In this document: positions 27,787-36,737 of the stretch, one piece after another
Layout of the letters: each line of letters starts with the position of its first letter
Position numbering within the stretch: position 1 is the first letter of the stretch
Origin: a virus
Lineage: Duplodnaviria > Heunggongvirae > Uroviricota > Caudoviricetes
IMG/VR virus record: IMGVR_UViG_2506381019_000003
Span: 19,119 to 83,118 of that record
Reading direction: 5' to 3' (one strand)
DNA: 64,000 bases
Notes under the pieces: model-generated
Seen by the model: the letters and a program-made list of their open reading frames with translations, nothing else
Database searches by the model: none
What the model was told of the DNA's origin: nothing
Position numbers and translations under genes: made by a program

Positions 27787-28215
27787 TCAGCGGCTGCGGC
27801 GGAGGGGGGCTTCGTGGTCCCACAGGGCGAGAGTGGACAGGCGCCACCGGCTGGTGCGGCCGGATCCTTCGTCGGGTTCGGGGAGGGTGCCCCGCTCCCC
27901 CGACCGTCGGGCGGAGTCCGGGGTCATGCCGTACCGTTCGGCGACCTCGTCGAGGTCGAGGAGCCGGTCGGGGCCGTCGAGCGGCGGCGGGGGCTGTGTG
28001 GCCGCGTGGTCGCGCTGGTCCGCGCGGGCCTGGCGGACGGTGAGCGCGGCGGACAGCTGCAACGCGCCGGGGGGTACCTCGTCGACAACGTCGCCGACGG
28101 TGGCGGCGTAGCGGGTGACCTCCGCTTCTGCCCAGGCGCGCGCCGCGGCCTCGTCTGCGAACTTGCCGCCCGCGGCGACCTCGCGCCCCGTTGCCGTCGT
28201 GATGAGAATCCGCAT
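27787..28215 (-). CDS. HTH DNA-binding protein (MerR/Xis-like).
   Basis: 'LLDLDEVAERYGMTPDSARR'. The likely start is the internal 'MRILITT'. Confidence 0.4.
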   Translation of the reverse strand: MRILITTATGREVAAGGKFADEAAARAWAEAEVTRYAATVGDVVDEVPPGALQLSAALTVRQARADQRDHAATQPPPPLDGPDRLLDLDEVAERYGMTPDSARRSGERGTLPEPDEGSGRTSRWRLSTLALWDHEAPLRRSR

Positions 28216-28280
28216 CGGCCGATTGTCCCGGCACATGGCTGTGCGGCCCGCGGGGATGGTCCTTCGCGGGCCGCACAGGG

Positions 28281-28547
28281 TCAGGGCCATGTGAGGCCGA
28301 TCAGGTCGGCCCCCTGGTCGGTGAGGCTCACCGGCGCGATGCCGGTGTCGGGGTCGCGGCGGCCGAGGACCAGGGCGCCGGCCGCGAGCAGGTTGCGGAA
28401 CACGCCTGCGTACGGCGCGGGGTCGTGGTTGCGGATGGTGATGCCGCCGTCGGGAAGCGAGTTGACGGCGCAGTCACCGGCCAGATGGAGCAGACGGTCA
28501 CGGGCGCAGGGCGGGCAGACGCAGGCGTGCCGGGGGGTGGCGTGCAT
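28281..28547 (-). CDS. Hypothetical protein, about 88 aa.
   Basis: ATG start with a GAGAGGA ribosome-binding site. The sequence upstream of it in the ORF is junk-like. Confidence 0.4.
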   Translation of the reverse strand: MHATPRHACVCPPCARDRLLHLAGDCAVNSLPDGGITIRNHDPAPYAGVFRNLLAAGALVLGRRDPDTGIAPVSLTDQGADLIGLTWP

Positions 28548-28609
28548 GGCAGGGGTCCTCTCATGGTGGGCGTGCTGGCCGCCCCGGGGTGGGGCGGCCA
28601 GCGGGGTGG

Positions 28610-29266
28610 CTACTTGCTGGCGATGGCGACGAGGCGGCGGGCGTCGAACAGGGCCCGCATCCACCCGCCGTCGTGCGCGGCCTGCTCGATACGGACCATC
28701 TCCCGGTACGCCTGCGGGTCGTTGTGGTCGGCCCACAGAGCCCGGTAGCGGGCGATCTGCTGGGCACGGTCGTCAACGCCGTTGTCGAGCACAACCAGGT
28801 TGGCGCTGTAACCGCCGTCGGTGCGGGCGGCGTAGCGGCGGACGGTGGTGATGTGACTGCCGCCCATTTCGGCCTTCGCGGGGGCGAGTACTCGGCCGAC
28901 GTAGAACCCTTTCTTCGCGTCGTTGGCGCGGCGCCGCTCGACGTTTTCGGCCTGGGAGGGGTTGAACCAGCCAGCGCACCGGCCCTTGTCGTTGAGGAGC
29001 ATCCACACGCGGCGGGTGCCGCCACGGGGAAGGTCTTTGGTGACGAGCTTCGCGGGCACCGGGTTGCCGTTGAGGTCGAACAGTGCGGCGAATTCCCATA
29101 CGCCGCCACGGTCGAGGATCTCGGCCTGGAGGCCGTACTGGCCTGCCAGCGCGCGGCTTGCCACCTGGGTGAGGGCGCCGTCTGTGCCGCAGCGTGCGTG
29201 GGAGGCGGTGGCGTCGGCCTGCATGCGGGCGGCGGCGGTGCGGAGCTGGGTGGCGGTGGCGGCCAT
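28610..29266 (-). CDS. Hypothetical protein, about 218 aa.
   Basis: Globular-looking ORF. The first gene transcribed leftward from the 29298-29398 inverted repeat. Confidence 0.45.
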   Translation of the reverse strand: MAATATQLRTAAARMQADATASHARCGTDGALTQVASRALAGQYGLQAEILDRGGVWEFAALFDLNGNPVPAKLVTKDLPRGGTRRVWMLLNDKGRCAGWFNPSQAENVERRRANDAKKGFYVGRVLAPAKAEMGGSHITTVRRYAARTDGGYSANLVVLDNGVDDRAQQIARYRALWADHNDPQAYREMVRIEQAAHDGGWMRALFDARRLVAIASK

Positions 29267-29297
29267 GTGGTCCTCCTCGTGTTCGGGCGTGAGCCCA

Positions 29298-29398
29298 CCA
29301 TACACACACTCACCGTTCAGTCGTGTCCGGCAATGCCGATGTGACGCCCTTCACATCCGCCCATTCTCGGACACGACTGAACGGTGAGTGTGTATGGT
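29298..29398. promoter_or_regulatory. Large imperfect inverted repeat (arms of about 30 bp, CCATACACACACTCACCGTTCAGTCGTGTCCG / CGGACACGACTGAACGGTGAGTGTGTATGG, separated by about 39 bp) at a divergent promoter junction.
   Basis: Visible in the sequence. The arms overlap the ribosome-binding and start regions of both divergent genes. Confidence 0.5.
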
Positions 29399-29404
29399 TG
29401 GCGC

Positions 29405-29740
29405 ATGCCGACGAACACCCCCTCCCCCACCCACACCGCCCGCTGCATCCGCTGCAACCGGACGCTTCGCGGCGCTAAGAGCGTGGCAGCGGGAATCGGC
29501 CCCACCTGCGCAAAGAAGGTTGCCGCCGAGACGGCGGACTACAGCCCCGAGCAGGCCGCGAAGGCCGTCCGCCTCGTCGCCGCCGGCGAGGTCGTCAAGG
29601 CCCCCTCCAAGGCCTTCCACGGCCTCCACCTGGTTCGCGGCACCTACTACGCGACCACGACCGACTGCAGCTGTGAGGGCGCCCAGGCGCACATGGCCTG
29701 CTACCACACGCTCGCCGTCCGGCTGACCGTCGCGGCCTGA
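29405..29740 (+). CDS. Zinc-finger protein ('RCIRCNR...GIGPTCAKK...CSCEGAQAHMACYH').
   Basis: ATG at 29405 preceded by GGTGAGTG. Cys/His motifs are present. Confidence 0.5.
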   Translation: MPTNTPSPTHTARCIRCNRTLRGAKSVAAGIGPTCAKKVAAETADYSPEQAAKAVRLVAAGEVVKAPSKAFHGLHLVRGTYYATTTDCSCEGAQAHMACYHTLAVRLTVAA

Positions 29741-29776
29741 CTCCCACCCGCCTGACCTGCCCGGAGGAACCCCGCC

Positions 29777-30070
29777 ATGCGCACCCTGATCACCCCCGTT
29801 CCCCTGCCCGCGTTCCGTTCCGGCCGCACCCGCCGGGGGTCCGGCTCCCTCACCGGCGCGCCGGTGGCGCTCACCGCGCGGGAGCTGCTCGACGCGGTGC
29901 TCGTCACCGTGACCGACAGCCCAACCCCCCACGCCTGGGATCAGATCGCGGTCGCGCAGGAGCTCGGCTGCACCGTCCGGCAGGCCTGGCTGGCGCTGGG
30001 TCTCCTGACCGCCGAGGGGTTCCTACGGCAGGTCTGCGGCGGCTACGCGGCGAACCTGCGGGCGGCCTGA
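29777..30070 (+). CDS. Small winged-helix-like protein, 97 aa.
   Basis: ORF with 'IAVAQELGCTVRQAWLALGLL'. Confidence 0.4.
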   Translation: MRTLITPVPLPAFRSGRTRRGSGSLTGAPVALTARELLDAVLVTVTDSPTPHAWDQIAVAQELGCTVRQAWLALGLLTAEGFLRQVCGGYAANLRAA

Positions 30071-30153
30071 CCCCTCACCCGGGACCGGCCGGACCCGTCA
30101 CCCGGCCGGGCCACCCACACCCCACAGCCACCCGCTACCGCGAGGAGAACCCG

Positions 30154-30372
30154 ATGCTCAACAGGTACCGCCAGTACATCCGCCAGCAGTGCGTCATCAC
30201 GCCGGCCGGCACCACGATCGTCGTCACTGACGTCGAGGAGTTGCCGACCACGCGCATCGTGACGGGGCTCCCGGTCAACACCCCGTACACCGTCGGCCGG
30301 GGCAGCGGCGCCCGCGAGATCCGGGTCGAGGTCGAGGCCGGCTACCAGTTCGCGCCCGACCTGCCTTTCTGA
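30154..30372 (+). CDS. Hypothetical protein, 72 aa.
   Basis: ORF preceded by a GAGGAG ribosome-binding site. Confidence 0.4.
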   Translation: MLNRYRQYIRQQCVITPAGTTIVVTDVEELPTTRIVTGLPVNTPYTVGRGSGAREIRVEVEAGYQFAPDLPF

Positions 30373-30445
30373 CCCGCAGCACACTCCCCGCCGTCCCGCC
30401 AGCGTGCGGGACGGCACCCCCAACCCCCTGAGAGGACCAGGAGAG

Positions 30446-30718
30446 ATGATCACGACCAACGCCGGCGAGAGCAAGGACACAATCTTTCGGGACACTCCGG
30501 CTGACAACATCAACGAGCTTTCCCTGTCGGGCGCGCGGATGACCTACCGCGAGTTCCGGAAGTCGTTCATTGACCTCGGATACAGCCCGAAGGATGCCCG
30601 CAGGAAGGCTCTGGAGGCATGCGGAGACCTTGGCGTCACGGCGGTCAACAGGGGTCAGCCGAACCGGGGATTCGCGCTGGTGATGCTCTATCAGGGTCGC
30701 GTGAAGCTACGTGGCTAG
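30446..30718 (+). CDS. Hypothetical protein, about 90 aa.
   Basis: Internal ATG 'MITTNAGESK' preceded by GGAGAG. Confidence 0.4.
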   Translation: MITTNAGESKDTIFRDTPADNINELSLSGARMTYREFRKSFIDLGYSPKDARRKALEACGDLGVTAVNRGQPNRGFALVMLYQGRVKLRG

Positions 30719-30950
30719 ATCACAGAAGCCGCCGGATGAGCTGGAACTCCTCGGCCGGTTCTCCATCGGCCTCATCTGCGCAGACGACGTCATCCGCGAC
30801 TCCGAGACCGGCCGGTACTACCAGCACATCGACAGGGATGACGACGGCGGTCGACTGCTCGCGCTGAAAGGCAAGTGGCTGGACTCCGGCGAGCCCGCGT
30901 TCCTCGTGGTCCGCAAGACGTGCCGGTTCAACATCTACATCCCGACCTGA
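30711..30950 (+). CDS. Hypothetical protein, 79 aa.
   Basis: ORF present in the ORF track. Confidence 0.35.
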   Translation: MARSQKPPDELELLGRFSIGLICADDVIRDSETGRYYQHIDRDDDGGRLLALKGKWLDSGEPAFLVVRKTCRFNIYIPT

Positions 30951-31025
30951 ACCCCTCTCAGCCCCCGGTGTCTGTGTCAGGCCCGGGGGCCCGACACACT
31001 CACCACACCCGCTGAAAGGCCAGCC

Positions 31026-31394
31026 ATGACGCGCTACCCGGCCACAAAGCCCTGTGGCACCTGCCCCTGGCGACGCTCCGCCGACCCCACCGGTGCGGCG
31101 ATCCCTGGTTACAGCCTGGAGCTGATGCGCGGGCTGGAGCGCACCGTCGGACCCGACGATGCTTTCCGCGACGTGATGGCCTGCCACGGCGACCAGATCG
31201 GCGGCGAAACCCCGTGCCGTGGCTATCTCGCCGTCGAGGGCTTCTCCAACCTCCGGGTGCGCGTGCTCGCGATGCTCGGTGACGTTCCGCTGGGCGCCGT
31301 GCGGCGGGCCTGCGTCGACATCGACATGTACCCGTCTTACGCCGAGATGCGCGCGGCACACGAGGCCGCCGCGGACAAGGAGCCCCTGAGATGA
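31026..31394 (+). CDS. Four-Cys hypothetical protein, 122 aa.
   Basis: 'CGTCPW ... CHGDQIGGETPC'. Confidence 0.4.
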   Translation: MTRYPATKPCGTCPWRRSADPTGAAIPGYSLELMRGLERTVGPDDAFRDVMACHGDQIGGETPCRGYLAVEGFSNLRVRVLAMLGDVPLGAVRRACVDIDMYPSYAEMRAAHEAAADKEPLR

Positions 31395-31648
31395 CCCTCA
31401 AGCCGGCCATGAACGAGTCGATGCGCCGCCAGGACCGGTCCGACCTGCTCGGCCTGTTCCACAACGGCCGTCGCGTGGGCGCGATGGCCGACAGCATGTC
31501 CGCCGAGGGCGTGGCCGCCGCGCGGGACCTGGCCGCCGCACAGCTCGGTGTCGAGCCGTACGCCGTCGAGGTGCTCAAGGTCTGCCCGGACCACCCGGGC
31601 GCCTCCGCGGTCGACTGCACCGCCCACGACGACGAGGAGACGGTCTGA
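31391..31648 (+). CDS. Hypothetical protein, 85 aa.
   Basis: ATGA overlap with the upstream gene. Confidence 0.4.
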   Translation: MTLKPAMNESMRRQDRSDLLGLFHNGRRVGAMADSMSAEGVAAARDLAAAQLGVEPYAVEVLKVCPDHPGASAVDCTAHDDEETV

Positions 31649-31842
31649 TGCCCCGCTACGGAGTGGTGTTCACCACCACCGCCAGCGCTCTTGTCAAGGT
31701 CGAGGCCGACAGCCCCGAAGAGGCCCGAGAGAAGGCGCCTGCCGAGCTCGACACGGGCCTGTGCCACCACTGCGCCCGTCGGATCGAGCTCGGCGACTTC
31801 GAGTACGACGAAGACGACGCCGACGCCGTGATCGAGCTGTAG
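31648..31842 (+). CDS. Hypothetical protein, 64 aa.
   Basis: Overlapping start and stop codons with its neighbour. Confidence 0.35.
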   Translation: MPRYGVVFTTTASALVKVEADSPEEAREKAPAELDTGLCHHCARRIELGDFEYDEDDADAVIEL

Positions 31843-31853
31843 GAGCTTCCGAG

Positions 31854-32051
31854 ATGACCCTGTACGGCGTGTACACGATCCCGGAGGCCGAGGTGGTCTC
31901 CAGCGGCCACCACAGCGAGGAAGACGCTGAGGCCGCCCTCCTGGACCTGGCTGCGGAGGGGCCCCGCGACGCCGCGGCGCTGATCGTCGAAGAGGAGTGT
32001 GACGACCATCCGGGCGAGCACGCGGCGTACCTCTGCCCGGACCGGTACTGA
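31854..32051 (+). CDS. Acidic hypothetical protein, about 66 aa.
   Basis: Start at 'MTLYGVY' preceded by GGAG. Confidence 0.35.
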   Translation: MTLYGVYTIPEAEVVSSGHHSEEDAEAALLDLAAEGPRDAAALIVEEECDDHPGEHAAYLCPDRY

Positions 32052-32230
32052 CCCCGTTCCTGCCTGCGAGCCCCCGCGCCCACCCCGGGCCGGGGGCACC
32101 ATACTGGACTCCGGCCTTCCGGCCAGTCTGTGACGCTGGGCCGCTGACACCAGTAGGCGGCCCCCACTGCGGAGCAGGCCCCTGCGGGGAAGCAGGGCCG
32201 GAGGGCACTGGCGCTGACCGAGGAGACGCG

Positions 32231-32518
32231 ATGCCCAGCGAACCGGACGACGCCGAACGCCTCGCCCTCCTGTGGGCCGACCGGTGGGACGTCGACCCGC
32301 ACGACGCGGGCCCACTGCCGGGCGCCCCGACCCCGGACGTCTGCGACCACATGTGGTACCCGGTCATCCGGGCCCCGCGTAGCCCGCTGGTCTGCTACCG
32401 GGGGTGCGGCGCCCGGCAGCCGGCCGGATTCGTGCCGGACGCGCAGAGTGCGGCGAGGTTGGACGCCTACGCCCCCGCACTGGACCGGGTCACGCTGGCA
32501 CGGTTCACCAGCGGCTGA
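32231..32518 (+). CDS. Hypothetical protein, 95 aa.
   Basis: ORF present in the ORF track. Confidence 0.35.
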   Translation: MPSEPDDAERLALLWADRWDVDPHDAGPLPGAPTPDVCDHMWYPVIRAPRSPLVCYRGCGARQPAGFVPDAQSAARLDAYAPALDRVTLARFTSG

Positions 32519-32535
32519 CACGCCTCCAGCACGAC

Positions 32536-32568
32536 GAAGCCCCCGGCCCGGATGGGTTCGGGGGCTTC
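32536..32568. terminator. Bidirectional terminator hairpin (GAAGCCCCCG / CGGGGGCTTC) between convergent genes.
   Basis: 10-bp perfect stem visible in the sequence. Confidence 0.55.
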
Positions 32569-32662
32569 GCCGCGTCCGATGTGACTCTCTGTGGATAGTT
32601 ACCGGCGAGTGCGGGGCTCTGGCCCGCGAATCGGGGTCTCGGCCCGGTGGATCGGCTGACCT

Positions 32663-34570
32663 CTACTCGCCAGTAACAGGGTTTTGGCTACCGACCGTCA
32701 CATCCGCCGGGGCGTGCTCCACCAGATACCAGCGGCGCCGGACGTTCACCACCTGCGCGGCCCGCCCCTCCACCTCATCCCCACGGAGCGGGGCCAGGTG
32801 CTCGTACATCGTCGACGTCGCCGACCAGCCCCCCGCCCGCATCAGCTCCGACCTGGACATCCCCGCACCTGCAGCCCACGCCAGGAGCCGCCGCGCCAGG
32901 TCCGTCGATGGCACCCCCGTCGGCATCGCCGGCGCATCCGCAGCCACGGGAACCGGCCCCGCAGGCCCCTGGGCGCCCTCGTGCGCGCGCGAAGCCCCGA
33001 CCGAACGTTCGCTCTTCTCCTGCGTCCCGGTGGTGGTGTCGGGGGTTGTGGCGGTCTCGGGGGGTTCGTACTGGGCGCGGAGGGCTGCGATCTGGTCGGG
33101 TGTGGGGTTCCAGATGCGTCCTGGGCGTGGGCGGGTCTGACCGTCGAGGTAGATGAGGGCCTTCCCTGGGCGGTCGAGGGACTCCAGGGGGAAGTCGGCG
33201 AGGTTGGGGATGGCTCTGCGGATGTCGGCGGGGTTGTCCTGGATGCCGAGGAGGACGCGGGTGCGGATGTTGGTGAGGAGGCGGGTGTTGCGGATGACGT
33301 CGCGGGTGACCTTCTTGACCATCATGACCAGGGTGATGCACTCGGAGCGGGCGACGTCGGTGAGCTGGAGGACCAGGTCGAGGCACACCGGGTCGTCGAG
33401 GAGCCGTTCGACTTCGTCCATCACGTAGAGGATGTGCGGGTCGTCGTCGGTGACCTGGTGGCCGTCGAGGCCGGTGTGGGCGCCGGCGGCGGCGCGGCGG
33501 TCGACCTCGTCGAGTGCGTCGGCGAGCTGCTGGCGGGCGGCGAGGATGCCCGCGTCGAGGCCTTCCGCGTTGGTGACGGCGCGGCGGATGCAGCGGCCCC
33601 ACCGTGCGACCAGCCGGCCACCCTTGAAATCGATCGCCCACACGACGACACAGCGGCGGGCCACGGCCTGGGCGATCAGGTTGGACGCGAACACGCCCTT
33701 TCCTCCGCCGGTGCCGGCGATGACGAGGATGTGCTGGCCCAGGTGCAGCTCGATCAGCGGGCCGTCTTCGTACGGGCCGACAGGCCACGGGTCGACGGGC
33801 AGCAGGTCGGGGTCAGGGTCCGGCATGGGGATGCCGTCGTCCTGGCCCTGGGCGTCGACCTCGGGTGGGGTAAGCGGGTCGACCGCGACGACGTGCAGCA
33901 CCGCGCGGGAAGCGTCAGCGTGGACGGGTTCGACACGCAGCGCCCCGCGGCGAAGGCCGAGCTTCGCTTCGAGGTCGGGCAGGGCCGAGATCAGCTTGTC
34001 GATCCTGTGGCCGGCGAGGTCGACCCGGTGGGACCACTGTCCCTCCACCTCCCCGGGTTCGGTGGTGAGCAGCGCGACACCGGCAAGGCGCAGCTGCGCG
34101 ACCGCGTACGGCCATGCGCGCGCGAACCTGCCAGCCGCGCGGGATGCGCGTGCGCGATGGTTGCGCCACCACCACGGCCAGGCCGCCAGCGTGCCGACAG
34201 CCAGCATCCCCGAGGCCGTGCCGGTGTCCGGAGCCCAGCAGATGACCCAGACGGCCCAGGCTGCGCAGGCGTGCCCGACAGTGGCGAGTGCGCGGCGGGT
34301 GGACAGCGCGCGCGACTCGGGCGCTGGGCGCAGGCCGGCGGCGAACCACAGCACGAGCACCGCGCACACGGCGAGCACGCGCGGCAGGGTGTCGCGCAGC
34401 AGCACGGTGACGAGCGCGACGGCCAGCGCGCACCACAGCGGGGCGAGCGGGTAGCGCGTGCGGAACAGGAAACGGCGCGCGCGGCGCAGCGGACCACCCG
34501 CGCGCGTGCGCGGCTCCTGCGCGTGCGGAAGCGGCGCGACGTCCGCGCGCAAGTCGCGTGCGCGTGGCAT
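32663..34570 (-). CDS. FtsK/SpoIIIE-family DNA translocase; membrane-anchored, TraB/TraSA-like.
   Basis: N-terminal transmembrane helices. Walker A 'VIAGTGGGKGVFASN' and Walker B 'ILYVMDEVERLLDD'. The start could be further upstream; the ORF track extends to 34879. Confidence 0.7.
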   Translation of the reverse strand: MPRARDLRADVAPLPHAQEPRTRAGGPLRRARRFLFRTRYPLAPLWCALAVALVTVLLRDTLPRVLAVCAVLVLWFAAGLRPAPESRALSTRRALATVGHACAAWAVWVICWAPDTGTASGMLAVGTLAAWPWWWRNHRARASRAAGRFARAWPYAVAQLRLAGVALLTTEPGEVEGQWSHRVDLAGHRIDKLISALPDLEAKLGLRRGALRVEPVHADASRAVLHVVAVDPLTPPEVDAQGQDDGIPMPDPDPDLLPVDPWPVGPYEDGPLIELHLGQHILVIAGTGGGKGVFASNLIAQAVARRCVVVWAIDFKGGRLVARWGRCIRRAVTNAEGLDAGILAARQQLADALDEVDRRAAAGAHTGLDGHQVTDDDPHILYVMDEVERLLDDPVCLDLVLQLTDVARSECITLVMMVKKVTRDVIRNTRLLTNIRTRVLLGIQDNPADIRRAIPNLADFPLESLDRPGKALIYLDGQTRPRPGRIWNPTPDQIAALRAQYEPPETATTPDTTTGTQEKSERSVGASRAHEGAQGPAGPVPVAADAPAMPTGVPSTDLARRLLAWAAGAGMSRSELMRAGGWSATSTMYEHLAPLRGDEVEGRAAQVVNVRRRWYLVEHAPADVTVGSQNPVTGE

Positions 34571-34716
34571 GTCCGCGCGGGAGGTGTGCGCGACGGCGCG
34601 CGGACGGGTCAGCCACCCGCCCTCCGCGTGTGCCGTGCGGCGCGCACGCGGCAGCGGAGGATCCGCGCGCGGCTGTGGTTCGCGGTCGCGCGCGCCAGGG
34701 CCGAACCAGGGGCCGC

Positions 34717-35490
34717 TCACCGGCGCGCACCCGCGGCTGGCTGGGGCAGGGCGAAGTCTGGTCGCACACGCAGGCCCGTCTCGGCTGCGCCGATGTGCGG
34801 GTCGTACACCAGGTCGGCCTTCTTCGCGGCCTTGGCGATGAGCTCGGGCGCGAAGGACAGGCCGTCGAGGGCCTCCCACAGGGGGCCCATCGCCTCCATG
34901 TCGATCTGCGCGTCGCCGTCGAGGGTGTCAAGCCAGGCGCCGAGGCCTTCGCGCACGTGCGCGAAGGCGACCGCGACCGCGTGGATCTGCGCGGGCAGCC
35001 CGGGGAGTCCTTCCTCGGGGAGCGGCATGCCGGCGAGGCCGTCACCGGACTGGGCGAGGCGTAGCGCCTCCATGTGACCTCCAAACGCTGCGGTGCTCAG
35101 GGTGCGCGCGCCGACCTGCGCGCTGGGCGGGATGGTGCGCGCGGGTGCGGGCCGCGCGGCAGAGGCGTGCGCGCGCGGCGGCTTGCGCGGGTCCGCGCGC
35201 GCGGCGGCGGGTGGCGCCGGGGTCGCGCGCTCAGCGGGCCAGAGCACGCCGCGCAGCACGCCGACCGTGGCGGTGCGCGCCTGCCTGCGACGGTCCTCGC
35301 GCGTGGCCGTCCGCCACGCGCGCGCACCGGTACGCGCGCGTGACGCTCCCGCGCGCGCGGCTGCGCGGCTCGCCGGAAGACGGGAACGCCCCGCTGCGCG
35401 TCGCGCGCCGCGGGGCGTGTCCGGGTCGTTCGCCAGTCCCGCCAGCAGCCCGAGCAACAGCAGGAAACCGGCGACGGTGGCAAGGCTCAT
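34717..35490 (-). CDS. Membrane-anchored hypothetical protein. N-terminal TM 'LATVAGFLLLLGLLAGL', an Arg/Ala-rich linker and a C-terminal domain.
   Basis: ORF with an ATGA-type overlap with the upstream stop codon. The linker is low-complexity. Confidence 0.35.
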   Translation of the reverse strand: MSLATVAGFLLLLGLLAGLANDPDTPRGARRAAGRSRLPASRAAARAGASRARTGARAWRTATREDRRRQARTATVGVLRGVLWPAERATPAPPAAARADPRKPPRAHASAARPAPARTIPPSAQVGARTLSTAAFGGHMEALRLAQSGDGLAGMPLPEEGLPGLPAQIHAVAVAFAHVREGLGAWLDTLDGDAQIDMEAMGPLWEALDGLSFAPELIAKAAKKADLVYDPHIGAAETGLRVRPDFALPQPAAGARR

Positions 35491-36353
35491 CCCCCTGTTC
35501 CCGTCCGCTCCCGGGGAATGCCGGTGATGAGCGCGCCCTCCGGGGTGACCGCCCACTCGCCGCTCGCGAGCTTGCTGATCCACGGGCGGAGCGTGGACTC
35601 GCCGATGCCGAACTCGCGGCCGAGCGCTCGGGACGAGATGTGCGCGTCGGGTGTGGCGAGAAGTTGGGCGATGTGGGCGCAGGCCTTCGCGCGCTGCGTG
35701 GCAGCGTCATCGAGGGTGCGCACCTGCGCGGCCCTGCGCGCGGTCGGCTCGACGCGCGGGATCGGCGCCGTGTGCGGGTCGTCGGCCACCTGCTCGGCCG
35801 GCTCGTCGCACGCGACGGCCGCGGGCTCGGGTGTGCGCGCGTCGACGTGCGCGGGCTGCGCGGCGGGGGCCTGCTCGTGCGCGGGCTCCTCGGTGGCCAC
35901 GTCCGGCGCGGACGCCGGGGTTTCCTGCGCGGCCGGCTGGTGGTGCAGCAGCATCGCGTCAGCCACCGCGTACACCGTTGTCACATCCACGATCAGCGGG
36001 CCGAGCGGGGCGAGCACCGGGTTGATACCCACAGCGATCGCGAGCGCGTGGAGCCCGGCGAACGACAGGACGAAGGCCATCGCGAACACGAGCACAACCA
36101 GCGCCATGACAGTGGTTCGGGGCCACCCAGGCGGGGTGCGGCGAAGCACGCGGAGAAGTCCGTGGAGCGCGACGGCGGCGAGGGCTGGCGGGACGAGGGC
36201 GGCAACGGCAGCTGTGCGGTCGGAAACGTCGGGACCGTGAGCCGCGATCGCGTGGACCGCGTTCCCGGCCATGGAGAGCGCAAGGGTGCCGGTCACGACA
36301 GCCCACGGGTACGCCTGCTCCCGCCTCCGGACCGGGGCCAGGATGGCGCTCAC
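35487..36353 (-). CDS. Polytopic membrane protein with a C-terminal HTH; DUF2637-like.
   Basis: Transmembrane segments ('VMALVVLVFAMAFVLSFAGLHALAIAV'). C-terminal 'RALGREFGIGESTLRPWISKL' HTH. GTGA overlap at the start. Confidence 0.5.
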   Translation of the reverse strand: MSAILAPVRRREQAYPWAVVTGTLALSMAGNAVHAIAAHGPDVSDRTAAVAALVPPALAAVALHGLLRVLRRTPPGWPRTTVMALVVLVFAMAFVLSFAGLHALAIAVGINPVLAPLGPLIVDVTTVYAVADAMLLHHQPAAQETPASAPDVATEEPAHEQAPAAQPAHVDARTPEPAAVACDEPAEQVADDPHTAPIPRVEPTARRAAQVRTLDDAATQRAKACAHIAQLLATPDAHISSRALGREFGIGESTLRPWISKLASGEWAVTPEGALITGIPRERTGTGG

Positions 36354-36670
36354 GAGCTGATCCGGTGATTGGCGAGGAAGTCCCACGCTGGCTCGCCGAT
36401 AGGAAGACCCAGCTCGACAAACGTGACGATCACGACGATGACGATCACGGACATGGCCGTCCGGAAATGGGTCATGCCGCCGCTGACCACACCCCAGACG
36501 AGAGTGAAGCCGCCAACGCCAACGATGACGCCGACCCAGTCGAGGCCGGTCACGGGGCACCCACTGGGCGGGAAACGGCAGCTCGCAGCACACCCAACCG
36601 GGCATGTTGAGCCGAGAAAACGGCATGATTGCGCATGGCGCGAGGTCCCTCCTTGTAGGGCTCTCCGCAA
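36350..36670 (-). CDS. Small membrane protein ('GVIVGVGGFTLVWGVVSGG ... VIVIVVIVTFV').
   Basis: Hydrophobic ORF. Confidence 0.35.
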   Translation of the reverse strand: MRRALQGGTSRHAQSCRFLGSTCPVGCAASCRFPPSGCPVTGLDWVGVIVGVGGFTLVWGVVSGGMTHFRTAMSVIVIVVIVTFVELGLPIGEPAWDFLANHRISS

Positions 36671-36737
36671 GTCGCCCGGGGAGGTGCTCGAACACCGACC
36701 CGGGCGGCGCCATTTCGGGCGCCTGCGGGCATAGTAA

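Noticed and set aside
29221-29285. Apparent 1-nt discrepancy between my hand-reading of the bases and the ORF-track translation.
   Set aside because: Most likely my own reading error. I relied on ORF-track coordinates instead, and refined coordinates should be taken as +/-3 nt.
32684-35077. 797-aa plus-strand ORF.
   Set aside because: It is antisense to the FtsK-like gene and has low-complexity Arg/Gly/Ala composition.
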